Assembly: GCA_036169735.1 (NCBI GenBank)
Contig: JAVHNX010000036.1
Coordinates: 13,681 to 77,680, forward strand
Length of the DNA: 64,000 bases
DNA from: Minisyncoccota bacterium
Lineage (GTDB): Bacteria; Patescibacteriota; Minisyncoccia; Phycocordibacterales; UBA9973
Reading direction: 5' to 3'
Position numbers and translations under genes: made by a program. The notes under the pieces are model-generated. The model was not told the origin of the DNA. It did no database searches and was given only the letters and a program-made list of their open reading frames with translations. Of the stretch, positions 7,190 through 15,402 are shown piece by piece. Each line of letters begins with the position of its first letter. Positions within the stretch are counted from its first letter, which is position 1.

Positions 7190-8530
7190 ATGGTTAAATC
7201 AATCAAAAAATCAAAGAATATATATATGGATTATGCCAGCGGTGCTTCAGCTAATCCTGCCAATCCTGGAGCAATTCACGATTTTGGTGTGAAAGCGAAA
7301 AAACAACTGAATGAAGCAAGGGAAGAAATTGCCAAGATTTTAGGTGCACACTCAAATGAAGTGGTTTTTACCTCAGGGGCAACAGAGAGTAATAATTTGG
7401 CAATTTTGGGAATACTAAGAAAATATTTTGAAACTTTTAGCCCCTATGTCAGACATAGGGGAGTTTCCCCTATGTCTGACATAGGGGCTGTTCCACATAT
7501 TGTTACCACAAACATAGAACATGCATCTGTGCTGGAGGTGTGTAAATATTTAGAAAAAACAAAACAAATAGAAGTGACTTATGTTCCAGTAGAAGAAAAT
7601 GGAATAGTAGATCCGGAGAAAATAAAAAAATCACTTAGACCAAATACGATTTTTGTTTCTGTTATGTATGCGAATAATGAGATTGGAAGTATCCAGCCAA
7701 TAAGAGAAATTGCAAAAGAAATTAGACATTATCGAAAACAAGAAGCGGAAAGAATAAATGAAAAAAGGTCGGACATTAAGAATTTAGAAAGGTCCGACCT
7801 TGGTATTTTTCCAGTTTTTCATACCGATGCGACTCAAGCAATAAATTATTTACCGATCAATGTTGAAAAACTTGGCATTGATTTGTTATCTTTTAATGGA
7901 TCAAAAATTTATGGGCCGAGTGGTGTTGGAGCTTTGTATGTAAAAAGACAGACACCTATCACTAGTATTATATTTGGCGGTGATCAAGAATTTGGATTAA
8001 GACCAGGGACAGAAAATATTGTCGGTATTGTTGGATTAGCAAAAGCTTTAAAAGTTGTAGAACAAATAAAAGATAAAGAAACAAAACGTTTAATTAAACT
8101 AAGAGATTATTTTATTAAAAAAATGTCAAGGTTAAGCCTTGACACTACACATTCCCCGAAACCAGGTTTAGGGGAACTTCCCCTAAACCTGGTTTCGGGG
8201 AAAGTTATACTAAATGGTGACCTAGAAAATAGACTACCAAACAATATAAATATCACTATTCCAAAAATTCCAAGTGATCTTTTGGTAATAGAACTTTCTG
8301 CTCATGGAATTATGGCTTCTGTCAAAAGTGCTTGTAAATCTGGTGACGAAAAGGCATCCCATGTAATACAAGCTATTCGAGAAGCACAACTAGGGGAGTT
8401 ATTGGTTAATAAAGAAATTGACGGATCAATCAGATTTTCTCTTGGTAGACAAACAACCAAAGATGATATTGACTACACACTAAAGGCTTTGTCTCAAATT
8501 TTGACCAAACTAAAAAGGTGGTATAATTAG
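7190..8530 (+). CDS. Cysteine desulfurase, NifS/IscS family (class V aminotransferase), carrying four in-frame palindromic insertions
   Basis: N-terminus IYMDYASGASANP...FTSGATESNNLAILG matches the IscS start, and ...SFNGSKIYGPSGVGALYV matches the PLP-lysine region. At 446 aa it is longer than typical because of the inserted peptides SPYVRHRGVSPMSDIGA, RSDIKNLERSDLG, MSRLSLD and HSPKPGLGELPLNLVSG. Confidence 0.8.
   Translation: MVKSIKKSKNIYMDYASGASANPANPGAIHDFGVKAKKQLNEAREEIAKILGAHSNEVVFTSGATESNNLAILGILRKYFETFSPYVRHRGVSPMSDIGAVPHIVTTNIEHASVLEVCKYLEKTKQIEVTYVPVEENGIVDPEKIKKSLRPNTIFVSVMYANNEIGSIQPIREIAKEIRHYRKQEAERINEKRSDIKNLERSDLGIFPVFHTDATQAINYLPINVEKLGIDLLSFNGSKIYGPSGVGALYVKRQTPITSIIFGGDQEFGLRPGTENIVGIVGLAKALKVVEQIKDKETKRLIKLRDYFIKKMSRLSLDTTHSPKPGLGELPLNLVSGKVILNGDLENRLPNNINITIPKIPSDLLVIELSAHGIMASVKSACKSGDEKASHVIQAIREAQLGELLVNKEIDGSIRFSLGRQTTKDDIDYTLKALSQILTKLKRWYN
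7439..7490. repeat. GC-rich composite palindrome inserted in-frame in nifS
   Basis: agcccctatgtcagacatagggg-ag-ttt-cccctatgtctgacataggggct: a 52-nt palindrome made of two CCCC...GGGG half-palindromes; encodes SPYVRHRGVSPMSDIGA. Confidence 0.7.
7765..7801. repeat. Hairpin element aaggtcggac...gtccgacctt inserted in-frame in nifS
   Basis: 10-bp arms aaggtcggac/gtccgacctt with a 17-nt loop. The same arms form the stem of the rsmI terminator at 58619-58672. Confidence 0.6.
8123..8145. repeat. ATG..CAT hairpin element (family 1) inserted in-frame in nifS
   Basis: atgtcaagg-ttaag-ccttgaca. Near-identical copies at 40142-40164, 57884-57906 and the variant at 49828-49850. Encodes MSRLSLD. Confidence 0.7.
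8154..8200. repeat. GC-rich composite palindrome inserted in-frame in nifS
   Basis: ccccgaaaccaggtttagggg-aactt-cccctaaacctggtttcgggg: a perfect 47-nt palindrome; encodes PKPGLGELPLNLVSG. Confidence 0.7.
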
Positions 8531-8533
8531 CCG

Positions 8534-9319
8534 ATGGATATCAAAGATTTAAATAAACCACAACTAATACTATTGGCATTGCTTTTGAGTTTCGTTACTT
8601 CATTGGCGACTGGTATTACAACCGTTGCTTTAATGCAACAGGCTCCAGATTCTGTGACTGTTCCAATAAATAGAATTATTAGACAGACTGTTGAAAAAAT
8701 AGTACCGACTGATATCGGAAAACCAGCCCAGACAATTATTATTAAGGAAGAAGATTTAGTTGTTGATGCGATTGCTAAAAATAAATCTGCTATTTTTTCA
8801 GTGACCAAGGAATCGACTGATGAACTTGGAGCAATTATTGAAATTTCTGCTGGAAAAGGATTTGTTATTTCTTCTGATGGTATGATTGTTACCGATTCAG
8901 CATTGGTTCCAGACAAAGAAGTTTATTTTGTTAAAAATGATTCAGGTAAATTTAAAGCAGATTTTGTTTCTACAAAAGATGGATTTTCATTTTTAAAAAT
9001 CGGTGCACCGTTGGATGAAAAAAATAAACTAGTTTTTACTTTGCCTACTTGGGGAGATCTTACTAAAATGAAAATAGGACAGAAAATAATAGTCCTAGGT
9101 GGATCAATATCTTCTTTTATTTTTGATGGATCAAAAGATCTTAAAATTAATGTTACAAAATCAAATGCTGGGGGAGTGGTTCTTGATTTAGATGGAAATG
9201 TTCTGGGAATTGCTTTGTCAGGTGATAATTCATCTTTTGCTTCAATTCCTGTAATTACCGATGCGTTAAAACCAGTGCCGATTCCTGTTTCAGTTACAGA
9301 AGCACCTAGTATTCAATAA
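8534..9319 (+). CDS. Membrane-anchored trypsin-like (S1/HtrA-fold) protein, apparently catalytically inactive
   Basis: N-terminal TM helix. GKGFVISSDGMIVTDSALV aligns to HtrA GSGFIIS.DGYILTNNHVV with His replaced. SNAGGVVLDLDGNVLGIA aligns to GNSGGPL..GxVIGIN with Ser replaced by Ala. Confidence 0.45.
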   Translation: MDIKDLNKPQLILLALLLSFVTSLATGITTVALMQQAPDSVTVPINRIIRQTVEKIVPTDIGKPAQTIIIKEEDLVVDAIAKNKSAIFSVTKESTDELGAIIEISAGKGFVISSDGMIVTDSALVPDKEVYFVKNDSGKFKADFVSTKDGFSFLKIGAPLDEKNKLVFTLPTWGDLTKMKIGQKIIVLGGSISSFIFDGSKDLKINVTKSNAGGVVLDLDGNVLGIALSGDNSSFASIPVITDALKPVPIPVSVTEAPSIQ

Positions 9320-9324
9320 TTTAA

Positions 9325-9348
9325 CCCTATTGCTCGCGAGCGACGGGG
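9325..9348. promoter_or_regulatory. 24-bp operator-like palindrome abutting the clpB -35 box
   Basis: ccctattgCTCGCGAGcgacgggg. Its reverse complement matches 49974-49997 (ccccgtcgCTCGCGAGtgacaggg) at 16 contiguous positions. Confidence 0.4.
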
Positions 9349-9376
9349 TTGACATTTAATTTATTTATTCTATTAT
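9349..9376 (+). promoter_or_regulatory. Sigma70-type promoter of clpB
   Basis: TTGACA-16 nt-TATTAT, about 15 nt upstream of the clpB ATG (short leaderless-like 5' end). Confidence 0.5.
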
Positions 9377-9391
9377 ATAACATTCAAACAT

Positions 9392-12067
9392 ATGCCACCA
9401 TTAAATAAATTTACAACTAAAGCCAAAGACGCAATAAAAAAAGCTCACGAGTTGGCGATTGAACGTGGACAAAATCACGTTTCTTCTTTGCATTTACTTG
9501 CTGCATTCTTACTTCAAGAAGAGAGTATGGTGAATTCCATTTTAGATAAAATGGAAATTGATACAATGCTCTTAACCGATTCTGTTTTAGAATTGATTGA
9601 ATCACCTGAGTCACAAACAACAGTTTCTCCCTCATTCCAGATTTATTTGAATCCCGATTTAGCACAAACAATAGAACATTCCGTGAAATTGGCAGAGTCA
9701 TTAAAAGATGAATTTGTTTCGACAGAACATCTTTTTATTGCAATGCTTGAGGTGCCAGGTGAAGCACGAGAGCTTTTGGCTAGATTTAGAATTCACAAAG
9801 ATCTAGTAATAAAAATATTAGAAGAACTTCGCAGTCAAAATATTTCAGATGTATCAGAAACAAAGAAGTTTCGTCTACTTTCAAAATATACTCGCAACAT
9901 GACCAAGCTTGCCAAAGAAGATAAACTTGATCCAGTGATTGGACGTGATAATGAAATTATGCGCATAATGCAAATTCTTTCTCGACGAACAAAAAATAAC
10001 CCTATATTGATAGGTGAAGCAGGAACTGGTAAGACAGCAGTAGTAGAAGGTTTGGCTCAGAGAATAGTCAAGAACGATGTATCTGAATCTTTAAAAGATA
10101 AAGAGCTTGTTTCTTTGGATTTGGGTTCATTGATTGCTGGTACTAAATATCGTGGAGAATTTGAAGAAAGATTAAAAGGCATAATGAAAGAGATAGAGAG
10201 GTCTGACGGTAAAATAATTCTTTTTATTGATGAGATTCACACTATCGTCGGTGCTGGAGGTGCAGAGGGAACAATGGATGCTTCAAATATGTTAAAGCCT
10301 GCATTGGCTCGTGGAGAACTTCGTGCAATCGGAGCAACAACTTTGAAAGAATACCAAAAGCACATAGAAAAAGATCCAGCTTTGGCTCGTCGTTTTCAAC
10401 CAGTTTTTATCGATGAACCTTCCGTAGAAGATGCTATTGCTATCTTGCGAGGACTTAAAGAAAAATATGAACTTTTCCATGGTGTTCGCATTACTGATGA
10501 TGCGATTCTTTCTGCTGTCAATTTGAGTACTCGATATATCACAAATAGATTTTTGCCAGATAAGGCTGTTGATCTTATTGATGAGGCAGCTTCATCCTTA
10601 AAAATTGCACTTGAAAATAAACCTCCAATTTTAGAAGAAGCACACAGAAAAATAATGCGTCTGGAAATTGAAAAAGAAGCATTAAAAAAAGAAAGTTTAG
10701 AAAATAAAGATGCCAAGATGCGAGTTAAAGATATTGATAAAGATATTAGTAACTTACGCGAGAAAACAAAAGAGTTGGAGCTTAAGTGGCAGAATGAAAA
10801 AACAACTGTTACGGAAATACGTTCAATTAAAAAAGAGCTTGAGATTTTTCGTCTTGAAGCAGAGAATGCCGAAGCTCGAGCTGATCTTTCTCGTGCAGCA
10901 GAAATACGTTATGGAAAAATACCCAGTCTGAAAAAAGAACTTGAAACAAAACTTTTACGTTTGAAAAAATTACAAAAATCTAGAAAGATATTAAGAGAAG
11001 AAATAACCTCCGAGGATATTGCAGAAGTTGTTGCTCGTTGGACAGGTATTCCTCTTGTTAAAATGCTTGAAGAAGAACGTGAGAAACTAGAGAAAATGGA
11101 AGAAGAATTACGTAAACGCGTGATAGGGCAAGAAGAAGCAATAAAACGTGTGGCAGATGTTATACGTCGTTCAAGAGCTGGTATTTCTGACCCAAATCGT
11201 CCTATTGGTTCCTTTATATTTTTAGGTCCGACTGGTGTTGGAAAAACAGAATTAACAAAAGCTTTGGCTCAATTTATGTTCAATGATGATAAATCTCTTG
11301 TTCGAGTGGATATGTCAGAATACATGGAGCGTCATTCTATTTCGAAACTTATTGGTTCTCCACCAGGATATGTTGGGCATGATGAATCCGGTCAATTAAC
11401 AGAGGCAGTCAGACATCGACCATATGCTGTAATTCTTTTTGATGAAGTTGAAAAAGCGCATCCAGAAGTTTTCAATATGTTGTTACAGGTTTTAGATGAA
11501 GGAAGATTGACTGACGGAAAAGGAAGAGTAGTTAATTTTAAAAATACAATTATTATTCTTACTTCCAACATTGGTTCCCAGTTTATAAATAAAATGGAAT
11601 CAATCGGATTTTCAAATGCGTCCGACCAACAAAACTATAACAGCATGAAAGATAAAGTCATGGAGACTTTGAAAGATCATTTTCGTCCAGAGTTCTTAAA
11701 TCGATTAGATGAGACTATAGTTTTTGACATATTACCTGAGGCAGCTATTAGACAAATAGTTGATCTTAGAATAAAGGTTGTTAAAGATAGATTGGTCACA
11801 AAAGGAATTGGTTTTGAAATTTCAGATGAGACTCTTTCTTACCTTGCAAAAGAAGGTTTTAATCCTTCTTATGGAGCACGCCCATTAAATCGTCTAATTC
11901 AAAATAAGATTTTGAACTCTGTCGCTACTTTTATTATTTCGCTTAAAGCGAAAAAAGGGGATACTATTTTTGTCTCAATGAAAGATAATGAGATTGTTAT
12001 TGATACTAAGAAAGCTAAGATAAAAAGTCCTATTCGTATTAAAAGTAACTCAGTAAGCAAAATTTAA
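9392..12067 (+). CDS. clpB: Chaperone ClpB (Hsp100 disaggregase)
   Basis: Clp N domain, two AAA+ modules ([20 protein letters not shown]), long coiled-coil M-domain between NBD1 and NBD2; 891 aa. Confidence 0.9.
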   Translation: MPPLNKFTTKAKDAIKKAHELAIERGQNHVSSLHLLAAFLLQEESMVNSILDKMEIDTMLLTDSVLELIESPESQTTVSPSFQIYLNPDLAQTIEHSVKLAESLKDEFVSTEHLFIAMLEVPGEARELLARFRIHKDLVIKILEELRSQNISDVSETKKFRLLSKYTRNMTKLAKEDKLDPVIGRDNEIMRIMQILSRRTKNNPILIGEAGTGKTAVVEGLAQRIVKNDVSESLKDKELVSLDLGSLIAGTKYRGEFEERLKGIMKEIERSDGKIILFIDEIHTIVGAGGAEGTMDASNMLKPALARGELRAIGATTLKEYQKHIEKDPALARRFQPVFIDEPSVEDAIAILRGLKEKYELFHGVRITDDAILSAVNLSTRYITNRFLPDKAVDLIDEAASSLKIALENKPPILEEAHRKIMRLEIEKEALKKESLENKDAKMRVKDIDKDISNLREKTKELELKWQNEKTTVTEIRSIKKELEIFRLEAENAEARADLSRAAEIRYGKIPSLKKELETKLLRLKKLQKSRKILREEITSEDIAEVVARWTGIPLVKMLEEEREKLEKMEEELRKRVIGQEEAIKRVADVIRRSRAGISDPNRPIGSFIFLGPTGVGKTELTKALAQFMFNDDKSLVRVDMSEYMERHSISKLIGSPPGYVGHDESGQLTEAVRHRPYAVILFDEVEKAHPEVFNMLLQVLDEGRLTDGKGRVVNFKNTIIILTSNIGSQFINKMESIGFSNASDQQNYNSMKDKVMETLKDHFRPEFLNRLDETIVFDILPEAAIRQIVDLRIKVVKDRLVTKGIGFEISDETLSYLAKEGFNPSYGARPLNRLIQNKILNSVATFIISLKAKKGDTIFVSMKDNEIVIDTKKAKIKSPIRIKSNSVSKI

Positions 12068-12076
12068 CAAATAAAA

Positions 12077-12106
12077 AAACCTAAACTTTCGTTTAGGTTT
12101 TTTTAT
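12077..12106 (+). terminator. Rho-independent terminator after clpB
   Basis: aaacctaaac-tttc-gtttaggttt followed by a T-run. Confidence 0.65.
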
Positions 12107-12227
12107 TTGTTGGGAAGGAATTTCTCGCCTTACAGGCGCAGTATACCTTTTGCATACGCTTTCAGTCTATAAGCAAAAGCTTTTCGAGTCCTTCATAAGA
12201 GCAAATAAATTTGCTCTTACTCGACGA

Positions 12228-12268
12228 CACATACAAAAAATCCCCAAACAGAAGTTTGGGGATTTTTA
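12228..12268 (-). terminator. Terminator after tRNA-Tyr
   Basis: Minus-strand hairpin atccccaaac-ttct-gtttggggat followed by a T-run, just 3' of the tRNA. Confidence 0.5.
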
Positions 12269-12273
12269 TGTTG

Positions 12274-12356
12274 TGCGTCGGGAAGGATTCGAACCTTCGA
12301 AGCCCGGAGGCGACAGATTTACAGTCTGTTGTGATAGACCACTCCACCACCGACGC
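12274..12356 (-). tRNA. tRNA-Tyr (anticodon GTA)
   Basis: Reverse complement has acceptor GCGTCGG/CCGACGC, anticodon stem-loop ACAGA-CTGTAAA-TCTGT, long variable arm (class II), T-arm GAAGGTTCGAATCCTTC. Confidence 0.85.
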
Positions 12357-12442
12357 ATGTATACAAAATAACATAAAAATATTTTTTCTGCATCTTTTTA
12401 TTTATTTTGAAAATAAGTTATGGCTTGGTATAATTAGGGGAT

Positions 12443-12811
12443 ATGAATACTAATAAAATAGAAATATTAATAGCGAGGATTGGTTTAGCTTTTCCTTTTA
12501 TTTATGCCGCTATCGCTAGTTTGATTAATCCTTCTTTTTGGCTTGGATTTTTTCCTCCTTTTATGACGAATTTATTACCTCAAGGATTTCTAATTACAGG
12601 CTGGGCAATTTTGCAAATCACGGTTGGTTTATGGCTTGTTATCGGTAGAAAAATTCTAATTCCAAGTATAATTGCTGCGTTTATGCTTGTTGGTATCTTG
12701 ATTTTTAATTACAAACTGTTAGATCTTATTTTTAGAGATGTATCTATCTTGGCAACTGCTGTATTTTTGATTATATATTCCTACAGAGAACAGAATAATA
12801 AAACTCTATAG
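12443..12811 (+). CDS. Small integral membrane protein (4 TM; DoxX-like?)
   Basis: 122 aa with four hydrophobic helices; family assignment is tentative. Confidence 0.3.
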   Translation: MNTNKIEILIARIGLAFPFIYAAIASLINPSFWLGFFPPFMTNLLPQGFLITGWAILQITVGLWLVIGRKILIPSIIAAFMLVGILIFNYKLLDLIFRDVSILATAVFLIIYSYREQNNKTL

Positions 12812-12848
12812 ATATTGACTTTAGGTCAATTTATGTTATCATTTTAGT

Positions 12849-13406
12849 ATGATAATACCAGTAACAATACCGCCGACAATGCCTTATAACGTACCGTTAT
12901 ATTCCCAAATAAGTGATATTTCATCTGTTGCATGGAAGCAAAAAGGCTGCGGAGTAGCAGACCTTGCAATGATAATTGAATACTATAAACCCAACACAAC
13001 CTCAGTTCAAAAGGTTCTTGAGGAAGGTATTGCTGGAGGTGCTTACCAAAAGAACGTAGGGTGGAAACATGACGGGCTGGCAGCCTTGGCTGTAAAACAC
13101 GGCCTAGTCGGTAGAACTTTTGATTTTTCAAAACTAGACAAAAAGAGTGCCTTTATTGAGTTTCAAGATATTATAAAAGAGGGTCCTGCTGTGGCATCAA
13201 TTCATCATGGTTTTAATCCTAAAAGTCCGTATGGTCACCTTGTTGTCGTAACTGGTTTTGACGAAGATTTTATTTATTACAACGATCCAGGAAAACATGA
13301 TGGTATCAGAAAAGTATCAGTTACAGATTTTATGAAGGGTTGGAAGAAAAGACTTATTGTTGTAAGACCTCCTGAAACAAAAATACAAGTAGCATTAGCG
13401 CGTTAA
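12849..13406 (+). CDS. Peptidase C39-like (papain-fold) domain protein
   Basis: Catalytic Cys context KQKGCGVADLAMII and His context SPYGHLVVVTGFDED match the Peptidase_C39_2-type pattern; about 185 aa. Confidence 0.5.
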   Translation: MIIPVTIPPTMPYNVPLYSQISDISSVAWKQKGCGVADLAMIIEYYKPNTTSVQKVLEEGIAGGAYQKNVGWKHDGLAALAVKHGLVGRTFDFSKLDKKSAFIEFQDIIKEGPAVASIHHGFNPKSPYGHLVVVTGFDEDFIYYNDPGKHDGIRKVSVTDFMKGWKKRLIVVRPPETKIQVALAR

Positions 13407-15335
13407 TGCTGTACCAACAAGGCATACTTTTTGCCAAGGTTGGTAGATACTTTTGAAAATTCTTTTTTTAGTTGTACCGTCTTGGTATTTTACAGAATAT
13501 AAAACTTCAGTAGTCACACCGTCGTGTGGTGTCTCTGTGCATTGTGTTTTTCCAACAGGAATATCTTTGCTTTGGATATATTTTGTTTTTGGTGCAGGAA
13601 TTTTGTCGTGTATATATGGTTTTGATATCTCTACAGAGCGGCCATCTTTTTGTCCGTAAAGTTCCATTATAACTTGTTTATTTTCTACTCTTGCTTGTAA
13701 GAGCAGAAAACCACCTGTGTCATTTACAAAACTAAGATCTGGATGAGGGCCGTAGATTGTTGCATCGAGTCCTGGTGGATTATAATAACCAATAACAAAA
13801 CGGTGATTCATTCTTTCTGTAATAGATAATCCAGCGTTAAGAGCTAAACGAAAAAGGGTAGTAGCAACTTGGCATAAACCTCCTCCAAATTCTTTAGTGG
13901 TTTTATTTTCTTTGATTACCGTTTCTTTTACATAACCTTTTTTTCTGGTAACGGAACCAATAGAAGATACTGTGGAAAATTCTGCACCTGGGGCTATTAA
14001 TATTCCATTGATAGCAGCGACTCCTATTTTTATATTATGTTCTCGATCTTTACTACTCCCATTAAAACTTGTACGTATTTCCCCAACTAAATCCCTTATT
14101 TGATATTTTGATATTGTCTCTTTTGTTATTTTAGGCTCAACCTGAATAGTTTCAATAGGTAAATATTGGATATTATTTAGGGTATCTAAATTCATTTCTG
14201 ATTCATGAATTATTTTTTCAATTTTTTGTACAATGTTTTCTATATCTATGATGTTGCCAGGTTTACCTGGAGCTATTTCAATCAGTTTTCCATTTTGAAT
14301 TTCAAAACGGCTATTTTGGGGTGGGTTATTAATAAATTTAGTAACTGTTGTACTAAAATAATCGTTTAGTTTTGTGTTGTCAATATCGATTTTGCCTTCT
14401 TTGTTTATTGTCAGCCATGTTACAAGCTTTGGTCCTGCTATTTTCCATTCGTGTCCTTTATATTGAAATACAAAATTTGTTTTTTGTGAAAAGTTTTCAG
14501 CAAAAACTAAAAATGGACTTAGATCTTCTTGTGTTATTGTAGGAATGTCTATTTCTGTCTTGAAAACTGTAGAAGATGTGTCAAATTGATTTAATTTTTT
14601 TTCTAAAATATTAAGAATTTCTTCTTTATCTATTGTTTCTCCTGTCTCTTCTTTTAAAATAGAAATTTTATTTTCAGTAGATGAAAATCTTGCCGGTAAA
14701 TTTTTCTTCAAAAAACCAGAAAGATCATTTTCAAGCAATGAGTTAACTGCTTCATTTTGAATAGAAATAGAAAACTTGAAATTTTTTCTTACAAACAGGA
14801 GAGAAAATTGTTCTTTTAGTCTGCGGAATATATTTTTTTCATGTCCCCAAGCATAAGCTTCTTTTAGGTCATTTTCCCATTCATCAAGCGTAAAGTATTC
14901 CACAGAATTATCTGAAGTTAATCCTGTTGTGGATATTGGTATATTTATATTTTGAATTCCTTTGGATGTTTCAAAACTTACATTTAATCCATTTTTTTGT
15001 AGCTCTTCTGCTTTTTCTTTAAAATGACCGAGTGCTTCATCATAAGTCTGACCACCGATAGATTCACTACCAATAAAAACACCTGGATAAAACCGGTCGT
15101 TATACTTTGTTTCAAAAGCTATGAATGCCCATATTCCTATGAGTAATGGTAATAATAAAAATAATAAGCCCAAAAATGATAATCCAAAGGCAACAAAAGG
15201 AGGAATAGATTCCTTTGTTTTTTCTATTTGTATTTTATTTACATCTTTAGGATGGTGTTTTTTCTTGAAGTGTTTATGTGGAAAGTGTTTAAACATTTCT
15301 GTATTATAGGACTTTGTAGATGATTTTACTATCAC
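13395..15335 (-). CDS. VanW-family protein with N-terminal TM anchor
   Basis: C-terminal region GGGLCQVATTLFRLALNAGLSITERMNHRFVIGYYNPPGLDATIY is the VanW-domain signature; 646 aa with a single TM near the N-terminus. Confidence 0.6.
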   Translation of the reverse strand: MIVKSSTKSYNTEMFKHFPHKHFKKKHHPKDVNKIQIEKTKESIPPFVAFGLSFLGLLFLLLPLLIGIWAFIAFETKYNDRFYPGVFIGSESIGGQTYDEALGHFKEKAEELQKNGLNVSFETSKGIQNINIPISTTGLTSDNSVEYFTLDEWENDLKEAYAWGHEKNIFRRLKEQFSLLFVRKNFKFSISIQNEAVNSLLENDLSGFLKKNLPARFSSTENKISILKEETGETIDKEEILNILEKKLNQFDTSSTVFKTEIDIPTITQEDLSPFLVFAENFSQKTNFVFQYKGHEWKIAGPKLVTWLTINKEGKIDIDNTKLNDYFSTTVTKFINNPPQNSRFEIQNGKLIEIAPGKPGNIIDIENIVQKIEKIIHESEMNLDTLNNIQYLPIETIQVEPKITKETISKYQIRDLVGEIRTSFNGSSKDREHNIKIGVAAINGILIAPGAEFSTVSSIGSVTRKKGYVKETVIKENKTTKEFGGGLCQVATTLFRLALNAGLSITERMNHRFVIGYYNPPGLDATIYGPHPDLSFVNDTGGFLLLQARVENKQVIMELYGQKDGRSVEISKPYIHDKIPAPKTKYIQSKDIPVGKTQCTETPHDGVTTEVLYSVKYQDGTTKKRIFKSIYQPWQKVCLVGTALTR

Positions 15336-15402
15336 TCATATTATAAGTTAGATTTTTATATCTAAAGATGGCGAATTTATATATATAACATATAATGTAA
15401 AC

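Noticed and set aside
9280-9392. Searched clpB and dnaK upstream regions for known heat-shock operators (CIRCE TTAGCACTC-N9-GAGTGCTAA, HAIR, CtsR box).
   Set aside because: None present. Only the novel CTCGCGAG-centred dyad was found upstream of clpB (reported as a finding), and no equivalent dyad upstream of dnaK.
12150-12453. ORFs 12150-12371, 12162-12374 and 12211-12453 around tRNA-Tyr.
   Set aside because: They overlap the tRNA gene and its terminator and have no coding features.
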